The notes: generated by a model from the sequence alone, not told the origin. A stretch of DNA of 32,000 nt from Nostoc punctiforme PCC 73102 (GCF_000020025.1 NC_010631.1:180001-212000); one strand, 5' to 3'. Counted from the first letter of the stretch, positions 1 through 10,199 are shown. Made by a program: numbers and translations.

Positions 1-599
1 ATATCTTTGACTGAGTGCAAAGATAGTTTACAAAAATTGCTCAGGCGGTTGCATATTATCGTTTTAACGAAGTATTGAGGTATTGCTGCACAAGTATGCC
101 TTCGGGAAAACTTTTCTCCCTGATCAGGTGCCTGTCCCTCAATTTCTAAGATTCGGATCGTGGATAATTGCAACCGCCTTGATGCAGAACCGTCTGGGAA
201 TACAAATTGCCTGCTTTAATTACAAAAATCATCAACGCGGATATCCCGCCAGACATCAGACACTTGCCAGCCGGAATTGCCCACCGATTGTACTGGAGGA
301 TTGTCAAGGAACGGAATATAGTCAGGAACTCTAGGCTCTGAAATTGCTACTGGTTTCTCCTCAACCTCAACCACAGGGGCTGGAGAATTGACAAGAACTC
401 TTGCATAAATATTTTGTGGTGTAATCAAGAGTTATTTTAATTTAAATATTGGGACATTAAAATAGTAAGAGGCTATCATCTTTTTATAGCAAGTATTCTC
501 TGGAGATGGTTAATTAAAAATATATCAGCAAACATCACTTTAGTTATTAATTAATACTGAATACTGAAAATATTGGATAAATTTGATTTTTTATACGAT

Positions 600-770
600 T
601 TATAGAGCTAATTCGTGATTATAAATTCCTACAATTAAATTTGACCTTAACCCAAAACGTCGGTGACGATTTCGATATCTATCAGATAAAATTTTAAATA
701 TCTTTAGACGACGATTAACGTGTTCAACAGTAATTCTTAATCGATTGAGTTCTCGATTATATTTCAATAC
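600..770 (-). pseudogene. 3' remnant of an IS5/IS4-superfamily DDE transposase gene
   Basis: Minus-strand translation gives YNRELNRLRITVEHVNRRLKIFKILSDRYRNRHRRFGLRSNLIVGIYNHELAL, with the stop at 600-602. The RLKIFxIL..RYRNRxRRFGLR tail is the usual C-terminus of cyanobacterial IS5-like DDE transposases. Only about 50 codons are open, and a stop closes the frame upstream. Confidence 0.5.
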
Positions 771-1010
771 GGTTCAGTTAAAGCTAAAAAGCTGATGAGT
801 GATGTGAAATTTCGGAACTTCTACTTGTTGTCCATCCCCTCTGTGTTGCGGTTTTTTAGAACGAAACTTTGATACAGGTTTTTTCACAACTCTGGGATTA
901 ATACGGTGAATACGTTCAGGTAACAACGTATCTAAAATCTCGACAATTAACCAATCGAAAAAAAGGGAAATTCTTCTGGCTGTAAGTCTTGGAACTTAGG
1001 GATAGCGCGA

Positions 1011-1376
1011 CTAATGACCCTTAATGTACCTGTAAAACTCAAGCGTAATGGTAGCAATCCTAGCAGTAGTTGCAGCTTGAAACATTAACACTCGTACAGG
1101 TACTCGCCAATATTTACCAACTTTTACCCATCCCACAGAAAGACCATCGACTAAGTTTTTTAGTACATCTCGCATCGAATCTCTTGACCACAAGCTCATT
1201 GCTACCACAAGACACACTACCAAATGTGCTGGTAAAGAACGATTCCTTGCTTCGTTGGCTTCGCTTGTTGCGATTGCTTGCTCAATGGCGGTTGCAGGTA
1301 TAGCTGTCTCTATTGCTTTCAGCAAGTCCTTGCTTTGTATCATTGGAGACAGCAAAGAGAAATCTTTGAGATGCAC
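1011..1376 (-). pseudogene. IS4-family transposase, N-terminal fragment only (no DDE catalytic part)
   Basis: The 121-aa ORF contains NRSLPAHLVVCLVVAMSLWSRDSMRDVLKNLVDGL. This matches the conserved N-terminal domain of IS4-family transposases (LPAxLVVWLVIAMALF..SxRxVL pattern). The ORF stops long before any DDE domain. Confidence 0.6.
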
Positions 1377-1429
1377 GACAGTTCACTTTCAGTGTTGATT
1401 ACAATCCTTAATTTACACAACTTTGAGCC

Positions 1430-2776
1430 TTAACTGAACCGTACTGGCTTACTTGTTGCCATCTGCGTTAATTTGACAAAGCCAGCTTGCCGAACCGGAA
1501 TTTCGATTGTGAACTCAGTTCCCTTCCCCAGTGTGGACTGGCAGTAAATTTTGCCACCGTGTTTTTGGGTAACAATCTGATAGCTGATGGAAAGTCCCAA
1601 TCCAGTACCTTTGTTAATGGGTTTAGTAGTAAAAAATGGCTCAAACATTTGAGAACACACATTTTCTTTAACGCCACAACCGTTATCAGCAATGCAGATG
1701 GCAATGGACTCGTTTGCTAAGTGTTCAGTACGAATAGCAATGTTGCTGGGATTGGCTCGGATCTCGTCAGAGCTACGTTGTTGATCCCGTTGTTCCAAGG
1801 CATCAATGGCATTGCCAAAAATATTCATGAATACCTGATTGAGTTGGCTAGGATAGCATTCCACATGGGGGAGGTGTCCATAATCTCGTACAACCTGAAT
1901 GCCAGGATGTTCTGGTCGGGCTTTGAGACGATGTTGCAAGAGCAACAGGGTGCTTTCGATGTTTTCGTGCAAATCGACAGTCTGAGTTCCCGATTCATCC
2001 AAGCGAGAAAAGTTCCGTAGTGAGAGAACGATTTGCCGGATGCGATCGCTCCCCAGTTTCAAAGAATTCATCAGCTTGGGCAAATCTGCTTCTAAATAGT
2101 CGATATCTACCTCGTCCATCCAGTCTTGAATTTTGGGATGGGGTTGAGGATGGCATTGGCGATACAGCTCGATAAAATTCAGTAAATCCTGGATGTGTTC
2201 TTTGGCAGGGGCAAGATTGGCGTGGATAAAAGTCATAGGATTATTAATTTCGTGGGCTACACCCGCCATCATTTGACCAAGTGAAGACATTTTTTCGCTT
2301 TGCACTAGATGCACTTGTGCCTGCTTTAGGATGTCTAGTGCCTGGGAGAGTTCGGTGGTCTTTTGTTGTGAGGATTTTTGTGATTCACGTAGTTGCAAGT
2401 GGACGCGAATCCGGGCTAGGGCTTCTTCGTGCTGAATAGGCTTGGTAATATAATCTACTGCACCCAGACTCAGCCCTTTGACTTTATCTACTGTGTCGGA
2501 GAGGGCGGTCATGAAAATTACAGGAATATCGCAAGTGGCACAGTCAGCTTTGAGACGCTGACAGGTTTCAAAGCCATCGATTCCCGGCATCATCACATCC
2601 AGCAGAATAATATCGGGATGGTAGGACTGGACGCGTTGCAGGGCGGCTTCTCCACTTTTGGCGATCGCTACCCGATAACCAATCTCACTCAATACATCGA
2701 ACAACACTTGAATATTAGTAGGGTTATCATCAACTACCAAAATGGTTCCTTTTGGGGCTGTAATCTCAACAGACAT
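1430..2776 (-). CDS. Response-regulator receiver fused to a histidine kinase (REC-HK)
   Basis: N-terminal REC domain: ILVVDDNPTNIQVL, DIILLDVMMPGIDGFE, PVIFMTALSD, AVDYITKP. A coiled coil follows, then the H-box EKMSSLGQMMAGVAHEINNP, the N-box NQVFMNIFGNAIDAL and the G-boxes DNGCGV and GTGLGLSISYQIV. The ATG at 2774-2776 lies 34 nt downstream of the preceding kinase gene. Confidence 0.9.
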   Translation of the reverse strand: MSVEITAPKGTILVVDDNPTNIQVLFDVLSEIGYRVAIAKSGEAALQRVQSYHPDIILLDVMMPGIDGFETCQRLKADCATCDIPVIFMTALSDTVDKVKGLSLGAVDYITKPIQHEEALARIRVHLQLRESQKSSQQKTTELSQALDILKQAQVHLVQSEKMSSLGQMMAGVAHEINNPMTFIHANLAPAKEHIQDLLNFIELYRQCHPQPHPKIQDWMDEVDIDYLEADLPKLMNSLKLGSDRIRQIVLSLRNFSRLDESGTQTVDLHENIESTLLLLQHRLKARPEHPGIQVVRDYGHLPHVECYPSQLNQVFMNIFGNAIDALEQRDQQRSSDEIRANPSNIAIRTEHLANESIAICIADNGCGVKENVCSQMFEPFFTTKPINKGTGLGLSISYQIVTQKHGGKIYCQSTLGKGTEFTIEIPVRQAGFVKLTQMATSKPVRFS

Positions 2777-2810
2777 ACTTGAACTCCTGAAAATAGATGA
2801 ATGAAAGATA

Positions 2811-5318
2811 TTAAATATGCGGTGCTAATAAATTGAGAATCGCTTCGTCATCAAATTTCTGGCTCAGTTCCAGCAACTTATTGGCAAAGGGTGCGTATTG
2901 GGGATTGAGTTGCTTAAGGCGGTTGGCTTCTTGGTGGATATCACTCATGAAACCATCTTGGGCTGCTCGGTAAAGAGTGGTTAGTTCCTGTGGTGATGGC
3001 ACTACCAATTGGGGCGAACTAAAATCCTCCGCAGATACTTCCTCCGTTTGGGGTGCCGTTTCGTAAATCCATTGCAACTCTAGGTGGCGTTGCAATTCCC
3101 CCAGCAAGCCGATGAACTCGAGCGGCTTCGGAAAAAAGCTACTGCAACCCGCGTCAAGAGCTTCTTGAATATCCACTTGAGACAAGCTGGCAGGAGAAGC
3201 AATAATGGGTGTGACTGCAAAATCAGACAGTTGACGCAGACGGCGAGTCATTTCCAGCCCATTCATCTTTGACATCATTACATCGGTAATGATTAAATCT
3301 GGGCGCATCTGGAGTGCTAAATCTAGTCCAGTCTGTCCATCATCGGCTTGAGCCAGTTTGAAGCCTAAAGGTGCTAGCATTCCCATGACAACAGCGCGGT
3401 TCTCAAGGCGATCGTCAATTACTAAGATTTTGCGCCGTTCGCCCTGGTAGCCAATCACCTTTAGATTACTACTGGCTGGCTGGGCAAGCCAATCGGCAGC
3501 AGCGAGTATGTCCACTTCAAACCAGAATTTGCTGCCCTTGCCGGGTGTGCTATTGACCTGAATCGAACTACCCATCATTTGCACAATTTGCTGGCTGATT
3601 GCTAACCCCAACCCCGTGCCTTCACTGTTGCGATCGCGTTTTCCAGCCTGTTCAAAGGGTAAAAAAATAGTTTGCCACTTTTCCGTTGGGATGCCAATAC
3701 CCGTATCTTCAACTAGGAAGCGAATTCTAGTTGATCGAGTGTCGGCTGTTTCTTCATTGCTGATTGCCTCAACTGTAAATTTTACACTGCCAAAATCAGT
3801 AAACTTAATTGCATTGCTGAGTAAGTTTAGTAACACCTGCCGCAGGCGTTTGTCATCAGCATGAACGGCAGTTGGCAAATTAGCGGGATGGTAGCGGAAG
3901 GCAATACCCTTTTGTTCGGCTTTGATGCGGCAAATCTCTACCGTGGTGGTGAGGAAGTTGGCGAAGTGGAAATCCTGGGGATAGAGATCCATCTTCTGCA
4001 CTTCCAACTTCGAGAGATCCAGAATGTCGTTGATCAAGGTCAGCAGGTGAGAACCACACTGGTGAATTACGCTCAATCCCTTCTGCTGCTTAGAGGTGGT
4101 GGCGGGGTCGCGCTGGAGAATCTGAGCATAGCCCAGAATACCATTCAGGGGGGTTCGCAATTCGTGATTCATGTTGGCGAGGAATTCGCTCTTGGCATGG
4201 TTAGCAACTTCTGCTGCTTCTTTTGCCTGCAATATCTTTAATTCTGCGGACTTGCGCTCGGTAATATCGCGGCACACAACAACTCCTCCCTTCAAGGTAC
4301 CACTAGCATCTTTTAGAGGTGTGCCACTGACTGTTATCCAGATGCCCTCTGGGGCTTTACTATGACGGGTAAACATCTCTACATTCTGTACCTGCTCACC
4401 CCGAAGAGTCCGTACTAGGGGAATCTCCTGAGTTGGAAACAGAGTTACCCGATCTGCTTGAAACAGCCCATACTGCTCTGACCATTCTGACTGCTGGCTT
4501 TCAGTGATTCCGCCAAACATCTGTTCGGCAGCGGGGTTAACGATTAGAAATTTACCCTTGTCATCTGAAACAATTACGCCATCGCTCATGCTGTTGAGGA
4601 TCAGTTGCATCAAATTAGTTTGCTCCTGAAGCGTCAGGTTATTTTGCTGGAGGTCTGTTTCTGCTTGATTTCGTTTCATGGTTTCTTTGCAAATTAGGTA
4701 GTAAGTCCATAGAATAATTGCCAGGTTGAGGCCAATGCCCACCAAAAACGTCACCATTGCCTGACTGGTAGTGCTGATGGTGGCAAGTTGTTTCTGCTGT
4801 AACCCGACGGTTTCTATAGCTTCTATCTGCTGCATCAGTAGCGTTGTTTCGTCGAGCAGTCGCATTGGTGCATGGTCAATCGCCGCATCTATTCCCCGAC
4901 TTTGCCGCAGTTCAATGCCTTGCCGCAGTTGTTTCAAGCGAAAAATCGTGAGTTCTTCCAGCTTTTGGGCATAGGCTTGCTCGCTATCTTTGTTTCGCAA
5001 CAAGGGTTGTAACCGTCGCATTTGTTGATCGACATCGATCATTTTGAGTCCAAAGACTATTAAGGCATCTTCTTTACCAGTTAGCAGATATTGCCGCTGC
5101 ATCTTTTCTGTGTCTTTCAAGGCGCTGCGTAATGATTCCAGCCTGTTGAGGGTTTCCAAGTGTTGAGCAATCTGGCGGTTGGTTTCTAATGTCTGGTTCG
5201 CACTCCAAAATGCTACCCCACTTATTGCCAGGGCAAAGAAGGTGGCTGTACCCAGGCTTGTAGCAACAGTTTTGAGAAAGCTGGCTGATTGTGTCATGGC
5301 TGTGTTCTCCTGTCTCAT
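2811..5318 (-). CDS. CHASE3-TM-PAS hybrid sensor histidine kinase with C-terminal receiver
   Basis: Two transmembrane segments flank an approximately 150-aa CHASE3-like region (QRQYLLTGKEDAL and nearby). A PAS domain follows (MSDGVIVSDDKGKFLIVNPAAEQMFG). The HisKA H-box is classical (NMNHELRTPLNGILGYAQIL). HATPase motifs are NLLSNAIKFT, DTGIGI and GTGLGLAISQQIV. The REC domain shows ILVIDDRLENR and DLIITDVMMSKMNGLE, followed by an approximately 110-aa C-terminal tail. Confidence 0.9.
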   Translation of the reverse strand: MRQENTAMTQSASFLKTVATSLGTATFFALAISGVAFWSANQTLETNRQIAQHLETLNRLESLRSALKDTEKMQRQYLLTGKEDALIVFGLKMIDVDQQMRRLQPLLRNKDSEQAYAQKLEELTIFRLKQLRQGIELRQSRGIDAAIDHAPMRLLDETTLLMQQIEAIETVGLQQKQLATISTTSQAMVTFLVGIGLNLAIILWTYYLICKETMKRNQAETDLQQNNLTLQEQTNLMQLILNSMSDGVIVSDDKGKFLIVNPAAEQMFGGITESQQSEWSEQYGLFQADRVTLFPTQEIPLVRTLRGEQVQNVEMFTRHSKAPEGIWITVSGTPLKDASGTLKGGVVVCRDITERKSAELKILQAKEAAEVANHAKSEFLANMNHELRTPLNGILGYAQILQRDPATTSKQQKGLSVIHQCGSHLLTLINDILDLSKLEVQKMDLYPQDFHFANFLTTTVEICRIKAEQKGIAFRYHPANLPTAVHADDKRLRQVLLNLLSNAIKFTDFGSVKFTVEAISNEETADTRSTRIRFLVEDTGIGIPTEKWQTIFLPFEQAGKRDRNSEGTGLGLAISQQIVQMMGSSIQVNSTPGKGSKFWFEVDILAAADWLAQPASSNLKVIGYQGERRKILVIDDRLENRAVVMGMLAPLGFKLAQADDGQTGLDLALQMRPDLIITDVMMSKMNGLEMTRRLRQLSDFAVTPIIASPASLSQVDIQEALDAGCSSFFPKPLEFIGLLGELQRHLELQWIYETAPQTEEVSAEDFSSPQLVVPSPQELTTLYRAAQDGFMSDIHQEANRLKQLNPQYAPFANKLLELSQKFDDEAILNLLAPHI

Positions 5319-5327
5319 TTCTTCTAC

Positions 5328-6113
5328 CTATGACACCAGGGGGTGAAGTCCAAACCTTTGAAACACTGCCTTTGCCCGCTCACTAGTTAAAAAGTCCAGG
5401 TAAGTCTGCATTTCTTGGGCATGGGTCGAGGTTTTGACTACGGCAACACCGGATCGGATTGGCTCATAGAGTTCTGCTGCTGCGGTGGTTAATACTTTCA
5501 CCTTGTCAGAGCTTTTAGCTTCTGAAAGAAAGGTGATGCCTACCTCAGCTTCACCTAGCTCGACAGTTCTCAATACTTCTCTTACATCCACCTTTGTCTG
5601 GATTGCTTTTGACTCGACGATCTGAGCAATACCTAGTCGGGTAAGAAGAGCATGGGTATACCTCCCAATAGCCGGTCCCTTGCCGCCTATTGCCACAGTT
5701 TTGATGCGATCGCTTGCCAACTCCCGCAAGTCAGAAAGTTGCAAGGGAGAATCCACAGGGGCAATGACGACGATATCGGTAGTCACCAGTTCTTTGCGGC
5801 TTGTGGGCAGGATTAACCCTTTAGCTTGTAAATCATCTAGCGGCGGGATCTCTGCAAATAAAACGCCATCAAAGGGTTCTCCCTGCTCAATTGCTGCTTT
5901 GGTCGTTTTGCTTCCGGCAAAGGTGTAGTTGAGCACAACATTGGGGTGTTCTTGTTGATAGGTTGCATCAAGCTCTTCCAAAGCACTGCGTACCATGCCC
6001 GCCGAGCAGAAATTTAAGGCAATCACCTGGGTTGGAGGCGGAGAACAACTTCCCAACCAGAGAGCAACAATTAAGGTAATCAGACACAAAGCCATCCAGC
6101 CGAAGCGTTTCAT
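5328..6113 (-). CDS. ModA-like (molybdate/oxyanion-type) periplasmic substrate-binding lipoprotein
   Basis: The protein aligns along its length with E. coli ModA: FAGSKTTKAAIEQGEPFDGVLFA vs FASSGTLARQIEAGAPADLFISA, VAIGGKGPAIGRYTHALL vs VGDPEHVPAGIYAKEAL, and GITFLSEA vs GIVYGSDA. I prefer the ATG at 6111-6113, which gives MKRFGWMALCLITLIVALWLGSCS, a signal peptide with a lipobox-like LGSC. The longer track ORF runs to 6212. The stop is 9 nt upstream of the hybrid kinase start. Confidence 0.8.
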   Translation of the reverse strand: MKRFGWMALCLITLIVALWLGSCSPPPTQVIALNFCSAGMVRSALEELDATYQQEHPNVVLNYTFAGSKTTKAAIEQGEPFDGVLFAEIPPLDDLQAKGLILPTSRKELVTTDIVVIAPVDSPLQLSDLRELASDRIKTVAIGGKGPAIGRYTHALLTRLGIAQIVESKAIQTKVDVREVLRTVELGEAEVGITFLSEAKSSDKVKVLTTAAAELYEPIRSGVAVVKTSTHAQEMQTYLDFLTSERAKAVFQRFGLHPLVS

Positions 6114-6442
6114 AAGGGGTGTGGAATTTCTTCTGACACTAGTTTTCCCAAATAGACTCACTAAATTTCGTAGGGTGCAATAAAAAACGTTCCAACCTGT
6201 AATAAGGATCATTCTGAGCCAGGATTAAGAGTCTTGGTAACTTTTGGTAATGATGTTCACGGATGTTCTTGAAGGCAAATTACAGAAGGTTTTTAAACAT
6301 TTTGTCTCTGCTGAGTGGGACTTATGATAAAAACTCAACTCATGCTGCGGGGCTAGATTTTATACAGATGTTTTGTAATTTTTGCGTTACCAGAATTTCT
6401 AGCATTTTTTCTGCCCTTAGCATAGCTGCTTTAAAGTGTCCG

Positions 6443-8569
6443 TCATTGATCGCCAAAATCTGACAAGACCATTAATGTAGTCTCGCTTATTGTCTTGTTT
6501 GCGGTTTTATCTCCTAACATTGGCAGGGTACACTTAGACTGTCGAATCGGAATCTCAATCACAAACTCAGCTCCCTGACCGGGTATGGAATGATATCGCA
6601 ATGAGCCACCATGCTTCTCGGTTACAATCTGGTAGCTGATCGACATTCCCAATCCTGTTCCCTTACCAACTGGCTTAGTTGTAAAGAATGGGTCACACAA
6701 TCGCTTTTGAACAAATTCTGGGATACCGGGACCGTTATCCACAATTCGGATCTGTACATGGTCTGAACCTACCATCGCTGTAAAAATCCGAATCTCACTG
6801 GTCTTTTGCTCAATTTCCTGAAGCGTGCATGATTGGTGTGGTTCTTCGAGAGCATCAATTGCATTGCTAATGATGTTCATAAACACCTGGTTCAGTTGCC
6901 CAGCGTAGCACTCAACTAACGGCAGGTTGCCATACTCTTTAATAATTTCAATTCCTGGATGATCGTGCTTGGCTTTCAGCCGATTCTGTAAGATCATCAG
7001 CGTACTATCAATGCCTTCATGGATATTTACCGCTTTCATCTCGGCTTCGTCCATACGCGAGAAGTTCCGTAAAGAGAGCACAATTTTTTTAATCCGGTCT
7101 GCCCCAACTTCCATTGAACAGAGCAACTTGGGCAAATCTTCTAGTAGGAATTCTAGGTCGATCTCCTCGCTTTTTCCCTGGATTTCTGGCGCTGGGCTGG
7201 GATAATGCTGTTGATACAATTGCAGCAGTCCTAGCAGATGTTGAATGTACTCATTGGCAGGCTTGAAGTTGGCATAGATGAAGTTGACTGGGTTATTTAT
7301 TTCATGGGCTACCCCAGCAACTAATTGCCCCAAACTAGACATTTTCTCATTCTGTACTAGCTGAGTCTGCGTTCGCTTCAGTTCAAGCAACGTAGTTTCT
7401 AAATCAGCTGCTTTCTGCCGCAAAGCTTCTTGGGCATCTTTACGAGCACTTATATCACGAGCAATTTTGGAGGCACCGATGATTTTGCCTGTGGAATCTT
7501 TAACTGGAGAAATCGTCAGCGAAAGATCAATCAATGTCCCATCCTTGCGTTGACGCACAGTCTCAAAGTGATCGACTCGTTCTCCTTGCCTGAGTTTTTT
7601 TAGTATTTGGGGTTCCTCATTGATGCGATCGCCAGGAACAAGCATTGCCATAGGTTGACCAATGACTTCTTGTGCTTGATAACCAAACAGTGCTTCTGCC
7701 CCACGATTCCAGCTGACAATCACTCCATCCAAAGTTTTACTGATAATGGCATCATCTGAAGACTCGACAATTGCCGCTAGGCATAACATAGCTTCTTGGG
7801 CTTGTTTGTATTCTGTAATATCTGTATGAACTCCAATCCATTCGCGAATACCGCCATCAGGGTTCAATATCGGGAAAGCCCGAACGCTCATGTGGCAATA
7901 CTCACCGTCATGGCGGCGCAAACGATGTTCTAATTTGTACAAGGTTCGGCTTGCAACTGCTTGTGACCAAACTTTTGCTGTGTGCAACCGATCATCTGGG
8001 TGAACCGCATTCAGCCAGCCCCAGCCCTTTAGTTCCTCGAAGGTTTGTCCGGTAAAGGCACTCCAACCTGGCTGCTCATTGATAAATTCACCTTCAGCTT
8101 TGGTGTCCCAAATAATTTGAGATATGGCTGTAATCAAGAAGCGGTAGCGTTCCTCACTGTGGCGTAATGCCAGTTCTGCCTGTTTGCGATCTGTGACATC
8201 TTCAGCCACAAGCATCACCCCGTTCACAACTCTAGTGCTACTACACCACGGGCGAAGCGTCCACTGACGCCAGCCTGTTAAACCATCAACCTGCTGAAAT
8301 TGCTCCTCTACACACAATTCAACTGCTGCCATCAAACAGTACTGGTATGCCTGTGTCAATGGTTCACAAAACTGCCGAAAGACCTCTAGATGCGATCGCC
8401 CAATAATATCTTGCCCCTCCAGTCCTAGCTCACTCAACCATCCTTGGCTGGTCAGCAAATACTTCATTTCGCAGTCTAAAATTGCAGCCGCAATTGGCAG
8501 GTTTTCTAAAAACGAACAGTAGAGATCATCTCGCTGGAGATCACTATTAAAAAAATAATTTTGGCTCAT
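6443..8569 (-). CDS. Triple-PAS/PAC sensor histidine kinase (soluble)
   Basis: There are three PAS/PAC modules, for example WIGVHTDITEYKQAQE and IGASKIARDISARKDAQE at the PAC ends. The H-box is EKMSSLGQLVAGVAHEINNP, the N-box is NQVFMNIISNAIDAL, and the G-boxes are DNGPGI and GTGLGMSISYQIV. Confidence 0.9.
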   Translation of the reverse strand: MSQNYFFNSDLQRDDLYCSFLENLPIAAAILDCEMKYLLTSQGWLSELGLEGQDIIGRSHLEVFRQFCEPLTQAYQYCLMAAVELCVEEQFQQVDGLTGWRQWTLRPWCSSTRVVNGVMLVAEDVTDRKQAELALRHSEERYRFLITAISQIIWDTKAEGEFINEQPGWSAFTGQTFEELKGWGWLNAVHPDDRLHTAKVWSQAVASRTLYKLEHRLRRHDGEYCHMSVRAFPILNPDGGIREWIGVHTDITEYKQAQEAMLCLAAIVESSDDAIISKTLDGVIVSWNRGAEALFGYQAQEVIGQPMAMLVPGDRINEEPQILKKLRQGERVDHFETVRQRKDGTLIDLSLTISPVKDSTGKIIGASKIARDISARKDAQEALRQKAADLETTLLELKRTQTQLVQNEKMSSLGQLVAGVAHEINNPVNFIYANFKPANEYIQHLLGLLQLYQQHYPSPAPEIQGKSEEIDLEFLLEDLPKLLCSMEVGADRIKKIVLSLRNFSRMDEAEMKAVNIHEGIDSTLMILQNRLKAKHDHPGIEIIKEYGNLPLVECYAGQLNQVFMNIISNAIDALEEPHQSCTLQEIEQKTSEIRIFTAMVGSDHVQIRIVDNGPGIPEFVQKRLCDPFFTTKPVGKGTGLGMSISYQIVTEKHGGSLRYHSIPGQGAEFVIEIPIRQSKCTLPMLGDKTANKTISETTLMVLSDFGDQ

Positions 8570-8899
8570 GGCATAATCTGATATCTGATTAATATTTCAG
8601 CTTCCAAAAATTTTCATAGTACTTGTATACTATTTTTGCTCCTGTTTTCTGTTGTGATGTTACTAACAACCCCATTTGTAATATTCGTCTGTAACTTCAG
8701 TATTCCCAACTAATTAAATCCTGAAACATGATCTCCTATTAAAATAGACAAATAAAAAGCTCTCTCATTAAGAAAAACGGAGCTAAATTACTTTTACCAA
8801 ACAGGTTTAGACTTTTTAGTTTCGTTATAAATACGCTCACTAGAGCTTAAATTTATTTAATGTGTAGTTAGTTGTATCAGGGTTAGCGCGTCTCAAACC

Positions 8900-9475
8900 T
8901 TATTGACAGTGGGATTCTAGGAGAGTGTTGAATTTGGGAGAGCAGCTGCCAATACAAAAATCCATATACTGATCATTCATCACGGCTCGCCGAGACTTTT
9001 GGCGAATACTGCGACGGAAAGATGATTCTCGCTCTAAGGCATTGAGGGCAATGCGACGTAGCTTTAGCATTATTCTGTGGGCTGTGCAGAGAACGAATCC
9101 GACATTCATCCTCATTGAAAGTGACATCTAATGTCCAATGAACAGAATTTTCAATACCCCAGTGCTGTCGAATGGCACTACCAATCTTGTGAGCATCGCT
9201 GGCGAGACTAGTAATGTAAAATTGCACCTCTTGGGTAGTCTGATTCCAATGCCGAATCGAACGTACTACCATAACTACTGTTGTCAGACCAGCCCACAAA
9301 TCTTGTTCATGAAATCCAGGAAGTTTTGACACTGGCATGGTGTAAACCTGACGATTTTCGATTCGGTGATGCCCTTTTTCTACCCGTTGAATAATATTCA
9401 CATTAACATCTTTAAACCCGAGAGATTGTGCTATTTCAAAGCAATTTTTTACTTGTTGGTGCAGGCGATTTTCTA
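8900..9475 (-). pseudogene. ISAs1-family transposase, 5'-truncated and frameshifted
   Basis: Translation contains QRVEKGHHRIENRQVY and AIRQHWGIENSVHWTLDVTFNEDECRIRS, both hallmarks of ISAs1/H-repeat transposases. After RIRS the homologous C-terminus (LRRIALNALERESSFRRSIRQKSRRAVMNDQYM) continues in another frame, in ORF 8900..9127. The N-terminal half of the protein is missing upstream of about 9475. Confidence 0.75.
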
Positions 9476-9725
9476 CGATTATTGGGCTGATGGGGGGAAT
9501 TTCTACAATCTGATGACGTAAGGATTAAGTAGGTGGGCGGAGGAAAACCCAAATGTGTAAAGCAATGTTAACAATGAGAGTAATTGTTAAACTTGAAACG
9601 TTCTGTACGGTAATTATTTTGTTCTCCTCTAGTATCTATCCCATCAATCACTGCATAAGCTAGGTCTAATTCATCATCAAACATCTGTCCAGAAATTTCA
9701 CGTCTACGCTTTTGTAGAGCAGTTA

Positions 9726-10199
9726 GTGATTGAAAAGTTCCACGGCATTGGGGAAGTTAGGGCGGCGAAGATGCACTCGCTCGGCATTAATGCTGGGATG
9801 GATTTAAAGGGGCGATCGCTGACTGAGTTAACACACCACTTTGGTAAAGCAGGTAATTATTACTACAGAATTGCTAGGGCAGAGGATGACCGTCCAGTAG
9901 AGGCGAATCGAGTTCGGAAGTCGATTGGTGCAGAAAATTCGTTTGCACATAATTTAAGCGATGTTGGTCAGATGTTACAGGAACTCGAACAGATTGCCCA
10001 AATTGTCGAGCAAAGGTTAGAGAAGCATGAAACACGAGGCCGCACATTAACGTTAAAAGTCAAGTTCTCTGATTATCAGCAGTTAACCCGTGGTAAGACA
10101 ATGCTTGCTCCCATCAGTGGGTTGGATACGATTTTTGAATTAGCCAAAGCACTGTTTGAGTCGATTGACCTAGAAAATCGCAGTATCAGCTTCATGTGA
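9726..10199 (+). pseudogene. dinB: DNA polymerase IV (DinB) gene fragment, C-terminal thumb/little-finger half only
   Basis: KFHGIGEVRAAKMHSLGINAGMDLKG...HFGKAGNYYYRIARAEDDRPVEANRVRKSIGAENSF...RGRTLTLKVKFSDYQQLTRG is colinear with the C-terminal half of E. coli DinB (KFHGVGKVTAEKL...RKSVGVERT...VKLKFDDFQQTT). The catalytic palm and fingers are absent. The fragment abuts IS debris. Confidence 0.75.

Noticed and set aside
83-428. Two overlapping small ORFs on opposite strands (83..334 plus strand, 216..428 minus strand), and a third minus-strand frame open to the window edge.
   Set aside because: None carries a motif I can recognise, and they mutually overlap. With the window edge cutting the region, I cannot decide which one, if any, is real.
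9540-9725. A minus-strand open frame: ALQKRRREISGQMFDDELDLAYAVIDGIDTRGEQNNYRTERFKFNNYSHC.
   Set aside because: It has no start codon context and no motif I can assign. It is wedged between an IS fragment and the truncated dinB, so it is probably debris from another gene.
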